A DNA stretch of 45,128 nt from Bacteriovoracaceae bacterium (lineage in GTDB: Bacteria; Bdellovibrionota; Bacteriovoracia; Bacteriovoracales; Bacteriovoracaceae). The notes beneath the pieces were generated by a model, which saw only the letters and a list, made by a program, of their open reading frames with translations, searched no databases and was not told the origin of the DNA. Numbering within the stretch: position 1 is the stretch's first letter; each line of letters begins with the position of its first letter. The stretch covers positions 1 to 45,128 of the forward strand of contig JABIHA010000001.1 of assembly GCA_018649885.1 (NCBI GenBank), given 5' to 3'. This document shows, piece by piece, positions 9,525 to 19,797 of this stretch. Both the position numbers and the translations under genes were made by a program.

Positions 9525-10324
9525 ATGGCCTCCAAAAAATTGAGAAGTTGATCAACTACTGCACCAGGTTTTCCACCGAATTCACCTCGAATATTCAGTT
9601 TCAGAGTAAGATGATGCTGCTTTTTATAGTTTTTGACAATTTTAGGGGGGTGTCTAATTTCTTTTTCAATAATCCAAACCATTTTTTTACCACCTTTGCT
9701 ATTTTTGTGGATTATTTTCAAAAGCTCAGGATTTAAGTGGTCGAAATGATGAGAGCTTTTAAGAGCAACATATTTAGCATCTAAAAATTCAAATAATGGT
9801 TCCAGCGCTGAGTGAGTGATAACAATAAGTGGGAATTTCTTAGATTTAAGCTTGAGTAACCTATCCATCTGAGAGCGAAAGGGGCAGCTAGCTTCATCCA
9901 ATTCAAAATACTTGGCCATGGATTTTCTAATTTTGCAGTGAATATCGGGGTAGAGCCAATAGTGAGAGAGCGCATGAGTGTTAGCACTATTAAATTCACT
10001 TTTTAGGCCCTCAATACTGAGTTTAAGCGTCTTCTTTCCAGCTCTTTTTGTCCCCAACTCTTGATGCCAACTCTCTAGGCCCACAGGCCCAAGAACAATG
10101 GAGGAATAATCAATTATTCGTTTGCTGTCTTCAATGGTTGGCCGAAAATTGTGTGGGTCCCCTGTGTAATTAATTAAAAGCTCAGTGCCTTCTTTACTGG
10201 GGAGAAGATCTGCTAGCAAATTACATGTAGGAATATTGAGACAACCAGTTTTGGCCTGCGCCGGAGGCATTGCTTGAAACCCAAAAATCGTGGCCAGTAA
10301 AATCAATAATTTCATGGCCCACAA
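9521..10324 (-). CDS. znuA: Zn/Mn ABC transporter substrate-binding protein
   Basis: Signal peptide; GDPHNFRP, SHYWL and ITHSA metal-ligand motifs; operon context. Confidence 0.85.
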   Translation of the reverse strand: MWAMKLLILLATIFGFQAMPPAQAKTGCLNIPTCNLLADLLPSKEGTELLINYTGDPHNFRPTIEDSKRIIDYSSIVLGPVGLESWHQELGTKRAGKKTLKLSIEGLKSEFNSANTHALSHYWLYPDIHCKIRKSMAKYFELDEASCPFRSQMDRLLKLKSKKFPLIVITHSALEPLFEFLDAKYVALKSSHHFDHLNPELLKIIHKNSKGGKKMVWIIEKEIRHPPKIVKNYKKQHHLTLKLNIRGEFGGKPGAVVDQLLNFLEAI

Positions 10325-10403
10325 GTCTCATATTTCCATGTTTTAGTAAATAACTTTTGGATTTACCGAGCAGATGCGTTATCTGCTACATATTTGATAA
10401 ACT

Positions 10404-13400
10404 CTATGGCGCACAATAAATGTGATGATTCCACCTAGCGCCACTACTAAACACCCCATACCCACGAGTCTCATCAGAGCCTGTAGGCGCTTGATAATCA
10501 AGCGGAGAGTCCACAATCGAATAACGCGGATTTTCTGTTATTTGGAAAGTACTTGAAGGAAAGGGCTCCCCATCATAACTTCCAAAGGCACCGCCCGTTT
10601 GAACAGTACCCGATTCACAGTATTCTTCACCAAGTGCAATCAGCTTGTTAAAGGCCTCATCTGTTCTGGTAACAATAGTTCCATCCGAGTCTGTATCTTT
10701 TTGTTCATAAATTTTAGGCTCGCCTGTCAGTGGATCAAAATCATCTTCTTCAAGTCCACCGCCCGGCTGCTCACTACCTTCTCCGTCTCCCGAAACATAT
10801 CTATTAAAATAAACGCTAAGGTCGGTATAATTTGGAAGTTTACAAGTATAGACGCCGGTACCGTCATCTACTCCATGAGCTGAACAGCAATTATTAGGAT
10901 CAGCTGTTGTCTCCCCTAAATTCATACAACATAAAAATTCATATTCAGAAAAGACGGTATCTGTAGCAATCATATCTTGCAAATTAACATATGCATCTGT
11001 TCCTGGGGCTCCTCCTGGCATAAAACTTGATGGATTAGCACTATCACTTGAGGCCACTGGAAATTTGTAGATATCGTCATTAGTAATTTGTTCCACAAAG
11101 GCATCGTTTTCGTAAACAGTTCTTGTGGTGATGGCAGAACCGCCAGGTGACTTAAATAACCCTGGAACCATCTGCTCTTTATCAGAGTTACAATAAAGTG
11201 GTTCATAAACAATTTGAGGTATTCCCTTTAATTCAAATTTTCCAAATTTAAGTAAGTAGTAGACAGGATAGCCTGGTGTCATCCCGATATTGATAGCAGG
11301 CAAATCAGTAGCAAGAGGGCCTGGTGAGTAATCATAGGGCCATGTGGTTGTTCCTGGTTTATCAAATGTGAATTCAGTGTAATATCTCTCTGTTCCTCCA
11401 ACTGGGGAAGCCGTTCTTATCTTCATAATCATTTTGCCGTTTGTGCTGCCTGTATCAGTGCTTGTTTCAAAATCGTAGCAAACTGTGGCGCTATCATTTG
11501 AGCCCGGATCGGGACAATCCGCGGGGTCAGATATATCGGTGGCCCTTGCATCTGAATCATCAAAGCAAAAAATTCCAACCTGGTTTCCACCTCCCTCTGC
11601 CGTTCCCCAAACGCCAGCAGCTACCCATGTACCAATTGATGAATTATAGCTGTTTGAGTTGTCATAGACTTTTACTGAAATTCCTACCTCATCTATGGCA
11701 TCGCATCCATTAACAAATGATGGAATCCACATTTTTAGAGCATGGCGATCAGTTCCGGTTGGTACAATATCTACTACGCCATCGAGGCTATCTACTTCAA
11801 CAGAAAGATAGGTTGCATTGTCAGCTTCTGCTGATAGTAAATAGTGAGGAGCATTGTCAGTGATAAAATTAAACTCTCCAGAACTAGGGTTTACCCAATT
11901 GCTAATAGTAAGTGTTTCGGAGGCATTATCAGCAGGACCCATAATACTTGTGTCAGACACTCCCAGAAATTCAGGCTGAATACAACCAACCAGAGGGTCA
12001 TAGCAAAGAGCGTCTCTAGAGCGGTCATATGCCTGAGAAGGAACTGCCGATGGTTTGGCAATGGCAATTGTATTATTGTAATTAAGACACTGAAAATCAG
12101 AAACACTATAGCGCACTCGATCAGTCTTGCTCCAATCATGTCCGCCATCAGAAAATTTTCTTACCCATCCGCCACCACAACATGTTCTCTTTGCCGTATC
12201 AGAAATAACTTTCCACTGGTTGAGAGATGTTTCAGTCACTGAACCGGCCGTTGTTTTTGGCCAGTTATAGTCAGCGTTACTCAAACTTGGAGTAGGGGAA
12301 GGGTAGGCTTTGGCCCCTAGGTAGGTGGTGTATCTTGAGTAGCGATTGTCTGCATTGGCATCTAAGTCACTGAGTTTATCAGTCTCAAGACTGGCAGAAT
12401 CAGAGGCCCCTTCTGTGAAAAGAGTGATGGAATTTCCAACTTCTCTACAGCATTTATTTTTTGTAATGTCGTAATCAAAGTAGTCATCACTTGTGTAGTA
12501 GGGCGGAGTTTGTGCCTGTCCACATACAAGATATTCTTCAAAGAATTTTCTTTCGCCCTCATTGCCGCCAAAATAGTCTTGGTAGGATTTTGTCTCCGCA
12601 ATTTCAGAGTGAAGTTTGTTGGGGTAGCAGTCTAGGTTCGTGTGACATACTGAACCGGCCCTTCTTAGACAAGCGTTTTTGACCATGGAAGGCTCAAATA
12701 TTGATCCGCCCGAGCCAAGAATATTACTGAGAGTGTCGCCTTCAATAGAATCAAAGGCAGAGGTGCTCGTAGTTTTGTGTTGGGCCTGAGAGGCACATGT
12801 ATTTCTTGCTCTCGATTGATTTTGGAGTGTTTCCCTAATAGAAGATGAGGCCATCATAGTATCGTAGTCATCGTCTTGGTAATAGTAATTGCCATCACTG
12901 TCAAGCAGTGGACAACTCGCCACCCTGGTTCTGGCCTTCCCAGTGTTTCCAGTGCCGACTATATTAGTTGCGATTGTACTGGCATCTATATCACACGAAG
13001 CGATTTGAGAAATGTAGTCAGCACGTCCACTAGAATCTGAAGACTGATGAGCGACTCTTTGGTCGGCGTCTGTTAAATCTTTTCCAGGACGGCACATCCC
13101 AAGGTTGGTGTCTGGAATCCCGGCAGGAGTGGCATTGGCCTTCATATTTGTCACAACTTCTGTGGGAAGTGAGTAGGCATCGGCCACATACATTGCAGGT
13201 CTTCCCAGTACTGGGGCCTGTTGTCCAAATAATATAGTATTGAGCGCATCTTTTTCTCTGTTGATGCTTCTATTGAAAGTTGAATTGTCTACATCTTCAC
13301 AGTGAAAGTTAGGAGCACATGACCAGGCCTTTCTATCTCTTTCACTACCAGCATTAGCGGTTCCATTAGAATCAGTGGTGTAGTCAATCTTACAAGGAGC

Positions 13401-15731
13401 TCCTGATCCTCTGTAGACACACCTATAATTTGTACCACCCACAATCGATTGTTGCTTGAGAATTTGTCCGATAGAAAAAGTTTTTGAATCATTAACATCT
13501 TCATCAGCACTCGAATCATAATCAGGCCAAAGAGTTTTATATTTACTGACATCGGCGCAGAAATATTCCCAGCCAAGTTTAGTAATACAGTCTGAGTCCA
13601 CATTACACATATGATACTGCTGACAAGTTCCCGCAGAGTTTTGCTCAGGATGATTATAGGTTAAATCTGGATCATAATCGTATTCCGACACAGTGTTGAG
13701 TGCATCGTCAGCAAGGACTTGTACTGTGATATCAGTAGGCTCTGCTAGATCAGAGTAGGGGGTGTTGATGGCAAGCCACAATTTACTTGAAGTCGCTCTA
13801 ACTCTTCTTCCTTTTCCAATGGCAAACCAAGTAGAGCCATCAAAAGATCCCAGCAGTGCATTTTTATTAAATCCCCACCAATCTCTTTGGTAGCCATTTA
13901 TCCAAAAAGCGGCCTGGGTTTGTTTTCTATCTTGTCTTTGGGTTTGAACACTTGTGGCGTGAGGGTTGTGACTAAAAGGAATCATTGTTGGAGGAAGCCA
14001 ACATGCGCGGCCAAAAACTGTATCTTCATAGTTTCCGTAATTTATATTGTCTCCCCAACCATCTCTTTCAGTGGAATTTCCAACCGCTTGAAGACCTCCA
14101 CCCATTTGAGATTCAGGATAGGCCGTGAAAGCTGAAAACCACGAGTCTCTTGCACAAGTAAGGCATGGAGTGGAATAGCCGTCGATGGCGGCGATGGTGT
14201 ACATGGCATCGTAGTCAACATTGATTAGAATTGCTGGGAGCGCTTGAGTTAAGTTAACATCAAACTGGCCAGTAATAGAGTTCATATTAAAAGTTGTACC
14301 GTCAGGCAGAGTTTTATTATTTTCATCTAGGTACATAAAAGGAGTACCTTCTGCCACTACTGGAGTTTCGTAGTAGTCAGCAATATCCGCCACAGGTGTA
14401 CCATCATCTAAAAACATTCTGGCCGGTGCGCGCCTATTATTAACCGCAAGCTCTAGGTTTTGAAAAGGAGTAGGATCGGCACCAGTATCTGGGACATAGC
14501 ACTCAACAGTTGCAGCGTAAGCAATTTCTGAAGAGCTGAGAACTCTGTCCTTGATCACAGTTCCATCATTGAGAGTGACTTTCAATAAATAGTCAGGACA
14601 TGCTGTCGCCGGGTCATCAGGGTAAGATGCCGTCGGAGTAGCGTCACAGCCACAAACATATTTTATATCAGTAACGGTTTCAGAATAACTTGGAGTGTAG
14701 GTAGCAATTCCGCAAAATGGAGTGGGAGCCGCTTGGGCCGATTCATTGAGACATTGGTATTGCTCAATAAGACCACTTTGGTAAGCAGCACTTGTGGCAT
14801 CTACATCTGGCGGAGTAGTCGCTGTCGGTGTTGCATAGGTCCCGCTTCCACAAACATAGTAAATTTCAGGGTATAAAATGAAATTGGCAGCGTTTATAGC
14901 GATATCAGTTTGAGACTGGGTATAGTCTGTATGGGTTGTGCTTCCTGGCTTTTCATCGCCATCATTGACACACTGGCCATTAACACAGCAATTATAACCT
15001 TGCGCCTGACACTCAGAATTTGTACAAGTTCCGCCTGTGTTAGTTGAAGAGTTTAAAATATCAATTTTTAAAGTAAGCTCACTAAAATCAAGCGATGTAG
15101 TCTCAATTATCGATGAGTCGCTCATAGCATTTGATGTGGTGTTGTAAATAATCACACTGTCACTTGTGAGAATTCCCGAACAGTCAGTACATACATCTGA
15201 AGGCTTGAAAGCAACATCTGTGGCATCATCAATGGAGGTAACATTATCTAAAAGCGAAGTCGTATCGCCGGTACAGGCTGCACTATTAACCGTGTCATCG
15301 TGAACATCGAGTCGTAATGCATACTCTAAAATGCCAGTATCAATATTGTTAAATGCCACGGGCACAGCACGTATTCTGTACTGTTCTTTTTTAGAAGGGT
15401 CAGTCAAACTGTAGGTAGACACCACACAATAGGTTTTTAAATCATTGGAGTTTACCTTTAGGTAGTTGTGGATCCTTGTACCCTTTAGGTAAATCTCAGT
15501 TTTTATGTCTTGGTTAATAGTAATTTCGGCTTCACTGTAAGTGGCGTTTGAATACCAATAAAGCTCGTCTTGATCACTTGTGGTATCTGAAAAGTCGGTA
15601 GGGCTGGCCGCAGTAGATGCATCCTCTTCAATGATTTTTTTTCGTCCCTTAGAAGGTGACGATGGTAAGCAGGCCGTAAAAACCATTACCAAAATCATTA
15701 TAATGTTAATTTTCATTACTATCTTAATCAT
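10404..15731 (-). CDS. Giant Cys-rich lipoprotein (~1775 aa), function unknown
   Basis: Long ORF; likely start M31 (15731) or M36, giving signal peptide plus lipobox FTAC; about 55 Cys by manual count. Confidence 0.88.
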   Translation of the reverse strand: MIKIVMKINIIMILVMVFTACLPSSPSKGRKKIIEEDASTAASPTDFSDTTSDQDELYWYSNATYSEAEITINQDIKTEIYLKGTRIHNYLKVNSNDLKTYCVVSTYSLTDPSKKEQYRIRAVPVAFNNIDTGILEYALRLDVHDDTVNSAACTGDTTSLLDNVTSIDDATDVAFKPSDVCTDCSGILTSDSVIIYNTTSNAMSDSSIIETTSLDFSELTLKIDILNSSTNTGGTCTNSECQAQGYNCCVNGQCVNDGDEKPGSTTHTDYTQSQTDIAINAANFILYPEIYYVCGSGTYATPTATTPPDVDATSAAYQSGLIEQYQCLNESAQAAPTPFCGIATYTPSYSETVTDIKYVCGCDATPTASYPDDPATACPDYLLKVTLNDGTVIKDRVLSSSEIAYAATVECYVPDTGADPTPFQNLELAVNNRRAPARMFLDDGTPVADIADYYETPVVAEGTPFMYLDENNKTLPDGTTFNMNSITGQFDVNLTQALPAILINVDYDAMYTIAAIDGYSTPCLTCARDSWFSAFTAYPESQMGGGLQAVGNSTERDGWGDNINYGNYEDTVFGRACWLPPTMIPFSHNPHATSVQTQRQDRKQTQAAFWINGYQRDWWGFNKNALLGSFDGSTWFAIGKGRRVRATSSKLWLAINTPYSDLAEPTDITVQVLADDALNTVSEYDYDPDLTYNHPEQNSAGTCQQYHMCNVDSDCITKLGWEYFCADVSKYKTLWPDYDSSADEDVNDSKTFSIGQILKQQSIVGGTNYRCVYRGSGAPCKIDYTTDSNGTANAGSERDRKAWSCAPNFHCEDVDNSTFNRSINREKDALNTILFGQQAPVLGRPAMYVADAYSLPTEVVTNMKANATPAGIPDTNLGMCRPGKDLTDADQRVAHQSSDSSGRADYISQIASCDIDASTIATNIVGTGNTGKARTRVASCPLLDSDGNYYYQDDDYDTMMASSSIRETLQNQSRARNTCASQAQHKTTSTSAFDSIEGDTLSNILGSGGSIFEPSMVKNACLRRAGSVCHTNLDCYPNKLHSEIAETKSYQDYFGGNEGERKFFEEYLVCGQAQTPPYYTSDDYFDYDITKNKCCREVGNSITLFTEGASDSASLETDKLSDLDANADNRYSRYTTYLGAKAYPSPTPSLSNADYNWPKTTAGSVTETSLNQWKVISDTAKRTCCGGGWVRKFSDGGHDWSKTDRVRYSVSDFQCLNYNNTIAIAKPSAVPSQAYDRSRDALCYDPLVGCIQPEFLGVSDTSIMGPADNASETLTISNWVNPSSGEFNFITDNAPHYLLSAEADNATYLSVEVDSLDGVVDIVPTGTDRHALKMWIPSFVNGCDAIDEVGISVKVYDNSNSYNSSIGTWVAAGVWGTAEGGGNQVGIFCFDDSDARATDISDPADCPDPGSNDSATVCYDFETSTDTGSTNGKMIMKIRTASPVGGTERYYTEFTFDKPGTTTWPYDYSPGPLATDLPAINIGMTPGYPVYYLLKFGKFELKGIPQIVYEPLYCNSDKEQMVPGLFKSPGGSAITTRTVYENDAFVEQITNDDIYKFPVASSDSANPSSFMPGGAPGTDAYVNLQDMIATDTVFSEYEFLCCMNLGETTADPNNCCSAHGVDDGTGVYTCKLPNYTDLSVYFNRYVSGDGEGSEQPGGGLEEDDFDPLTGEPKIYEQKDTDSDGTIVTRTDEAFNKLIALGEEYCESGTVQTGGAFGSYDGEPFPSSTFQITENPRYSIVDSPLDYQAPTGSDETRGYGVFSSGARWNHHIYCAP

Positions 15732-15745
15732 CTTACCCCGCCAAT

Positions 15746-15772
15746 TCATCGGCTGTTTGGGCCATTGTATTA
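15746..15772 (-). promoter_or_regulatory. Putative sigma28 promoter of giant lipoprotein
   Basis: TAAT-N15-GCCGATGA immediately upstream of the likely start. Confidence 0.6.
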
Positions 15773-16311
15773 AAAAAATCCTGTTTACTTGAGCGAAACG
15801 GACTTCAATAAAACCGAGCACCTAACTACACTTTAAGCTGGGTTGGGGGAAAGTCAGAAAACAAAATTTGTGAACCCACTAACAGTGCGAGATTAGACAA
15901 AAAAGTGTAAGTGATTTTTATTTAGCTGGTGCTCAGAAATTTGGCTGTGAGGGTAGCTTCGCTACAAGTGGTGTTCGCGGCACTAGGGAGTTTGGTATTT
16001 TTTTGAAGTGAGGAAAGCGCCTTCTATCAAGGCGGAGATTTTTAAGCAGATTGGCTTTGTATTGATGTTCAGTTCTAGCTGGGTTTAGTTTTTGTGGTAG
16101 CAAATTCTTTTATGGAAAAGGGGATATCTAGTCTGGTGGTTGTTTGAAAGTTTGTGATCTTTTGTGAATTTCAGGGAAGCAGGCTTAGTTTATGAACGAT
16201 TCAAAGCGCTTTCTGTACCTGCTTTCAATCTTTTTAATTGAAAGTAAATCCTATCTTTTTATTTAATAAATGCGAACAAAATGGTATGTTACTTCTAATT
16301 GGGAGGTCGTT

Positions 16312-16410
16312 TTGTCACTACAAAATTTATCAGATGAAAAACTTATTGCAGATACTAAAATGTGGAATGAAAAAGAAGAGCATTGCACCTTACTATTACC
16401 CACATCTTAG
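16312..16410 (+). pseudogene. 5' remnant of HNH-endonuclease-like family gene (copy 1)
   Basis: GGGAGG RBS, then TTG: MSLQNLSDEKLIADTKMWNEKEEHCTLLLPTS*; 71/78 nt identical to minus-strand 45126-45049. Confidence 0.7.
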
Positions 16411-16516
16411 ATGTCGGTAATAGTAAGGGATAATGGTCTACTTCTTTTTTTCTTTTTATGGAGTCGACTCGGAAATATGACTTAAAATTATTTAAACTAT
16501 GTAATTGGATTACTAT

Positions 16517-18775
16517 CTACCTGGCCGTGTTAGAACACAAATTACCAAGAGTATATTGGGGTTGGTCCTCGCTGAAACCCAAGCTTTTGACATTTTTACA
16601 TTTTAGGCCACTTGAGACATCGGGAGGAATTTGAGATCTAAATTCGTTGATTTTTGTGACTAGGAGTCTCGCCTTTTCACCTCCAGAGTCAGATTCTTTC
16701 TGATGGAGGCAGTAGAGCTGTTTTTCTATGCATAGTCCGTCAGCTCTAGTTTGAGTTTCTTTCCAGTTGAATGCTGGAGACTCAGTCCTATAGAGTGCGC
16801 TGTTGATTTTAACCCATTGATCATACCCTTCAAATAATTTGAGTGTCTTTTGTTGAGCTTTGTGAGCACATTCTAAGGCCTCTTTATTGGACGGATCTAT
16901 TGTGGCCATTCCTCTACTTCTATCTTCAACAAAACAGAAATGAGTTTTTCTTAAAATCAGTCTTGGGCAGCTATTTATGCTTTGACCATTTTGAGGAATG
17001 TATTGAGACAAAGCGATCTCTGTTTGGTTGAAATCCTCAAAGTGGTGATGTGGTTGATCGCTTTCAAACATTTCGACACAAGATTTAAGCTGATTTATGT
17101 GGGCGCTTTCTCTTAGGGCCTGCTTGATCCAGATACCAATACCTGAAGAGTTTTCCCTTACCACAATTTCTGACATGGTTTTTACAATTGGAATGTAATC
17201 TTTTTCTCGGCAAGAAAATAACTGGTTGAATGCTTGCTGGTCTTCACCAGTTTGGTAGTAATATTCGATGGCGCGATAATCTTGAAGAGCAGTTCTACCA
17301 AGTCCTCCACTCAGGGTTGTTCCGCCACTGAGTTTTTTTTCACACTCATCAATATCCCTTGTAATAAATGAATAGCCTTGTATAAAATCGTATTGCTCCT
17401 GACTTGGGAACTTAAGGCACTGAGAAGGAATTTGCCCTGGTGTATACTCACTTGGATAAGATAGGCAGGTAGCGCAAATCTCTTGGGTGATGATGCCATC
17501 AAACTCTTCCCCGGATTCTGAATTTGATTTATGTTCGGCATCTTCAAAGCAAAGTGCCGTGCAATTGTAGACACGGTCACCTAAATGCCAACCATCTCCA
17601 TGGTCGGCCATGCCATCGGGGGGAGTGGAGTCTTCTGCATAGGTAGTAGAATTATCTACAGACCGTTGTCCAAGTATTTCTGTTAAATGAATGAACTCGT
17701 GGGCATTGGTATCTCTATCATAGCCATTATCTGTAAAGAATCGTATTCTCGGCGGCTTGCAAGAATAGCAAGCATCAGCAACAGCATCTTCTCTGATTTT
17801 ATTAGGGCAACTCAGATAAATCCCTCCATAGGACATCATTTCAATATAGCTATCATAGATTGCAGAGTAGAGCGCTTGATGGGGGAAATGATCAAGTTTG
17901 GCCTGAGTTGGTGAAGCGGCAGGATTAAAGCATTGTAGTAATCCATTAAGGCCTTCGTAGAAATTGTCCTCCATTTCAACAAAAGAGCGCTCTTTTTTTG
18001 GACATCTTTTATCGATGATTAGGCCTGTGCCTGTAAAGTAGAGACTTTCACTTTGGCAACTTAGGCCCATTAGGGAAGGAAACCTTGGGTCATCAGAAAA
18101 TTTGTGGAGAAAACCATCCCTTTGTTGACTTGGAGGACTTGAGCAACGGAGTCTATCTGGATTTTGGTTTTTATAAATACAACTATTGTATAATTCTGTG
18201 TAGCTCTTATCTCCTGTAAACCAATTTTCATCATAGAGTCTTCTCTCATCATCACCCAAGTGAATGTCCTGATCCAAATCGAAAGCTCTAAATTCAAAGG
18301 ATTTATTTAAAGGTTCATAGTGTGTTTTTTTCTCTCCATTACTAAAAAATTGAGTTACTTTAATCGCATTTTTTAACGTATTGTACTCAGATAATTTCAC
18401 AGTATCCCAACCAGCTTTTTTAAGTTCTTCCATCACTTCTCTGTAGAAGGGGGCAACCTTTTGATGAGTAACTGTATATCTCTTGTTAAAGCTGCCATTG
18501 TAGTTTGAATCAATGATCCTAATTGTTTTGCCTGGGAATACAGAAAAAACTTCATCTACTTTTCCATCAAAATTTCTATCATATTTAATTTCTGAGACAG
18601 AATTTTTGGGGCCTTGGTAGCTAAGCCATGTATCGATTCTTCCATCGTGGTTTTGGTCTAACCTTTTTACTTGGAAATTAATTGTTGAAAAGAGGGTTTT
18701 TGCTGATCGATTGTCAGCTGCTATTAAATTGCAAACAGAAGTGATGACAAAAACTAGTAAAATTACTCTGAACAT
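16517..18775 (-). CDS. Secreted protein with Dx[DN]xDG-like repeats and HEXXH motif (putative Zn metallopeptidase)
   Basis: Signal peptide; DQNHDGRID, DRNFDGKVD, DSNYNGSFN; NAHEFIHL; Cys-rich. Confidence 0.7.
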   Translation of the reverse strand: MFRVILLVFVITSVCNLIAADNRSAKTLFSTINFQVKRLDQNHDGRIDTWLSYQGPKNSVSEIKYDRNFDGKVDEVFSVFPGKTIRIIDSNYNGSFNKRYTVTHQKVAPFYREVMEELKKAGWDTVKLSEYNTLKNAIKVTQFFSNGEKKTHYEPLNKSFEFRAFDLDQDIHLGDDERRLYDENWFTGDKSYTELYNSCIYKNQNPDRLRCSSPPSQQRDGFLHKFSDDPRFPSLMGLSCQSESLYFTGTGLIIDKRCPKKERSFVEMEDNFYEGLNGLLQCFNPAASPTQAKLDHFPHQALYSAIYDSYIEMMSYGGIYLSCPNKIREDAVADACYSCKPPRIRFFTDNGYDRDTNAHEFIHLTEILGQRSVDNSTTYAEDSTPPDGMADHGDGWHLGDRVYNCTALCFEDAEHKSNSESGEEFDGIITQEICATCLSYPSEYTPGQIPSQCLKFPSQEQYDFIQGYSFITRDIDECEKKLSGGTTLSGGLGRTALQDYRAIEYYYQTGEDQQAFNQLFSCREKDYIPIVKTMSEIVVRENSSGIGIWIKQALRESAHINQLKSCVEMFESDQPHHHFEDFNQTEIALSQYIPQNGQSINSCPRLILRKTHFCFVEDRSRGMATIDPSNKEALECAHKAQQKTLKLFEGYDQWVKINSALYRTESPAFNWKETQTRADGLCIEKQLYCLHQKESDSGGEKARLLVTKINEFRSQIPPDVSSGLKCKNVKSLGFSEDQPQYTLGNLCSNTAR

Positions 18776-18903
18776 GAATCTCCCACAAAGAGAGTTTATC
18801 GGTCACTTGATGAACTTAAATAGTATAGTGGGCAGAAGTGGTTTTGTCGGGTATCTACTAAGAGAACTTTCATAGTTGCACCAAAAGTTTCCGATACATT
18901 GTT

Positions 18904-19782
18904 GTGGGAAAATATTTAATCTTGATATTCGTATTTCATCACCCAGCTGCGGTCGGTGCCTGCCGCCAAGGTAGTGCTGGTTATTCACTGGTTGATGAAG
19001 AGTATGTGTTTAAAGTCTGTGACGGTGATGGTACCTTTACAAAGAAAATTCCCTCTAAATACCTATACAACTTATTTTATACCTATAAAGATAATAAAAG
19101 ATTTCAAAAAATAGTTGAAGAGATTTTTGGCAGTTCTGTAAGCTCTCTTTTGACAGTATATAAAAATGGGGGGCACTGGTTTTCTTACGATGTTGTGGGC
19201 GATGATGAACAAAAAGATGATATAAGAAAACTACTAGGGTTTTATAAGAGAATGCCAAGAAAACTTCGAACTATTCCAAGGCCTGTCCCAGGAGAAATGC
19301 TCAAGGGGGAGGATAAGCTTCAAAAATTAGTTAAAGGAAACAAAAAAATATATTGTAAGGCCACAAGAAAGGGAAATAAGGATTGTAATGTAGGCGTCAA
19401 GGCGATTCGTTTTTCATGGGCAGGGGATTACTATGAGAAAGTTATTCTTCCCATATCTATGAGACCTCTAGGTCCTACATCAAGTTGCTATAGCGTAATG
19501 TATATTGAATCAAATACTAATAATTACATTCCCCATGGTTCACCTGTTCACAGCGCTAAGATGTGCTACAACGATGTCTCTGATATCTCCTGGAGTCAGA
19601 GAGGGGCAACGAAAATGATACAATACTCTAGCTTTCAAGAGGTCATTGATTTTCCTACAATTGATTTCAAGCCTAGTCTTGGATATTGTGGGGAGGCCCA
19701 AAACGTTTTTGTAGCTGATACTAAAGAATTATGCAGAAGAACTAAAATATTCCACAAAAGTCGTATGATTATACAAGAGTAG
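18904..19782 (+). CDS. Hypothetical protein, possibly exported; start uncertain
   Basis: 292-aa ORF ending 15 bp before the acyltransferase; no motif recognised. Confidence 0.65.
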   Translation: MGKYLILIFVFHHPAAVGACRQGSAGYSLVDEEYVFKVCDGDGTFTKKIPSKYLYNLFYTYKDNKRFQKIVEEIFGSSVSSLLTVYKNGGHWFSYDVVGDDEQKDDIRKLLGFYKRMPRKLRTIPRPVPGEMLKGEDKLQKLVKGNKKIYCKATRKGNKDCNVGVKAIRFSWAGDYYEKVILPISMRPLGPTSSCYSVMYIESNTNNYIPHGSPVHSAKMCYNDVSDISWSQRGATKMIQYSSFQEVIDFPTIDFKPSLGYCGEAQNVFVADTKELCRRTKIFHKSRMIIQE

Positions 19783-19797
19783 GGTAGGCAGTAGGTT

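Noticed and set aside
15968..15979. 11/12 match to 44990-45001 (GTGGTRTTCGCG) near both HNH remnants
   Set aside because: Too short to exceed chance, and in different relative position and orientation.
16238..16420. 60-aa ORF from the track
   Set aside because: Wrong frame; the RBS-supported frame matching the second copy starts at 16312.
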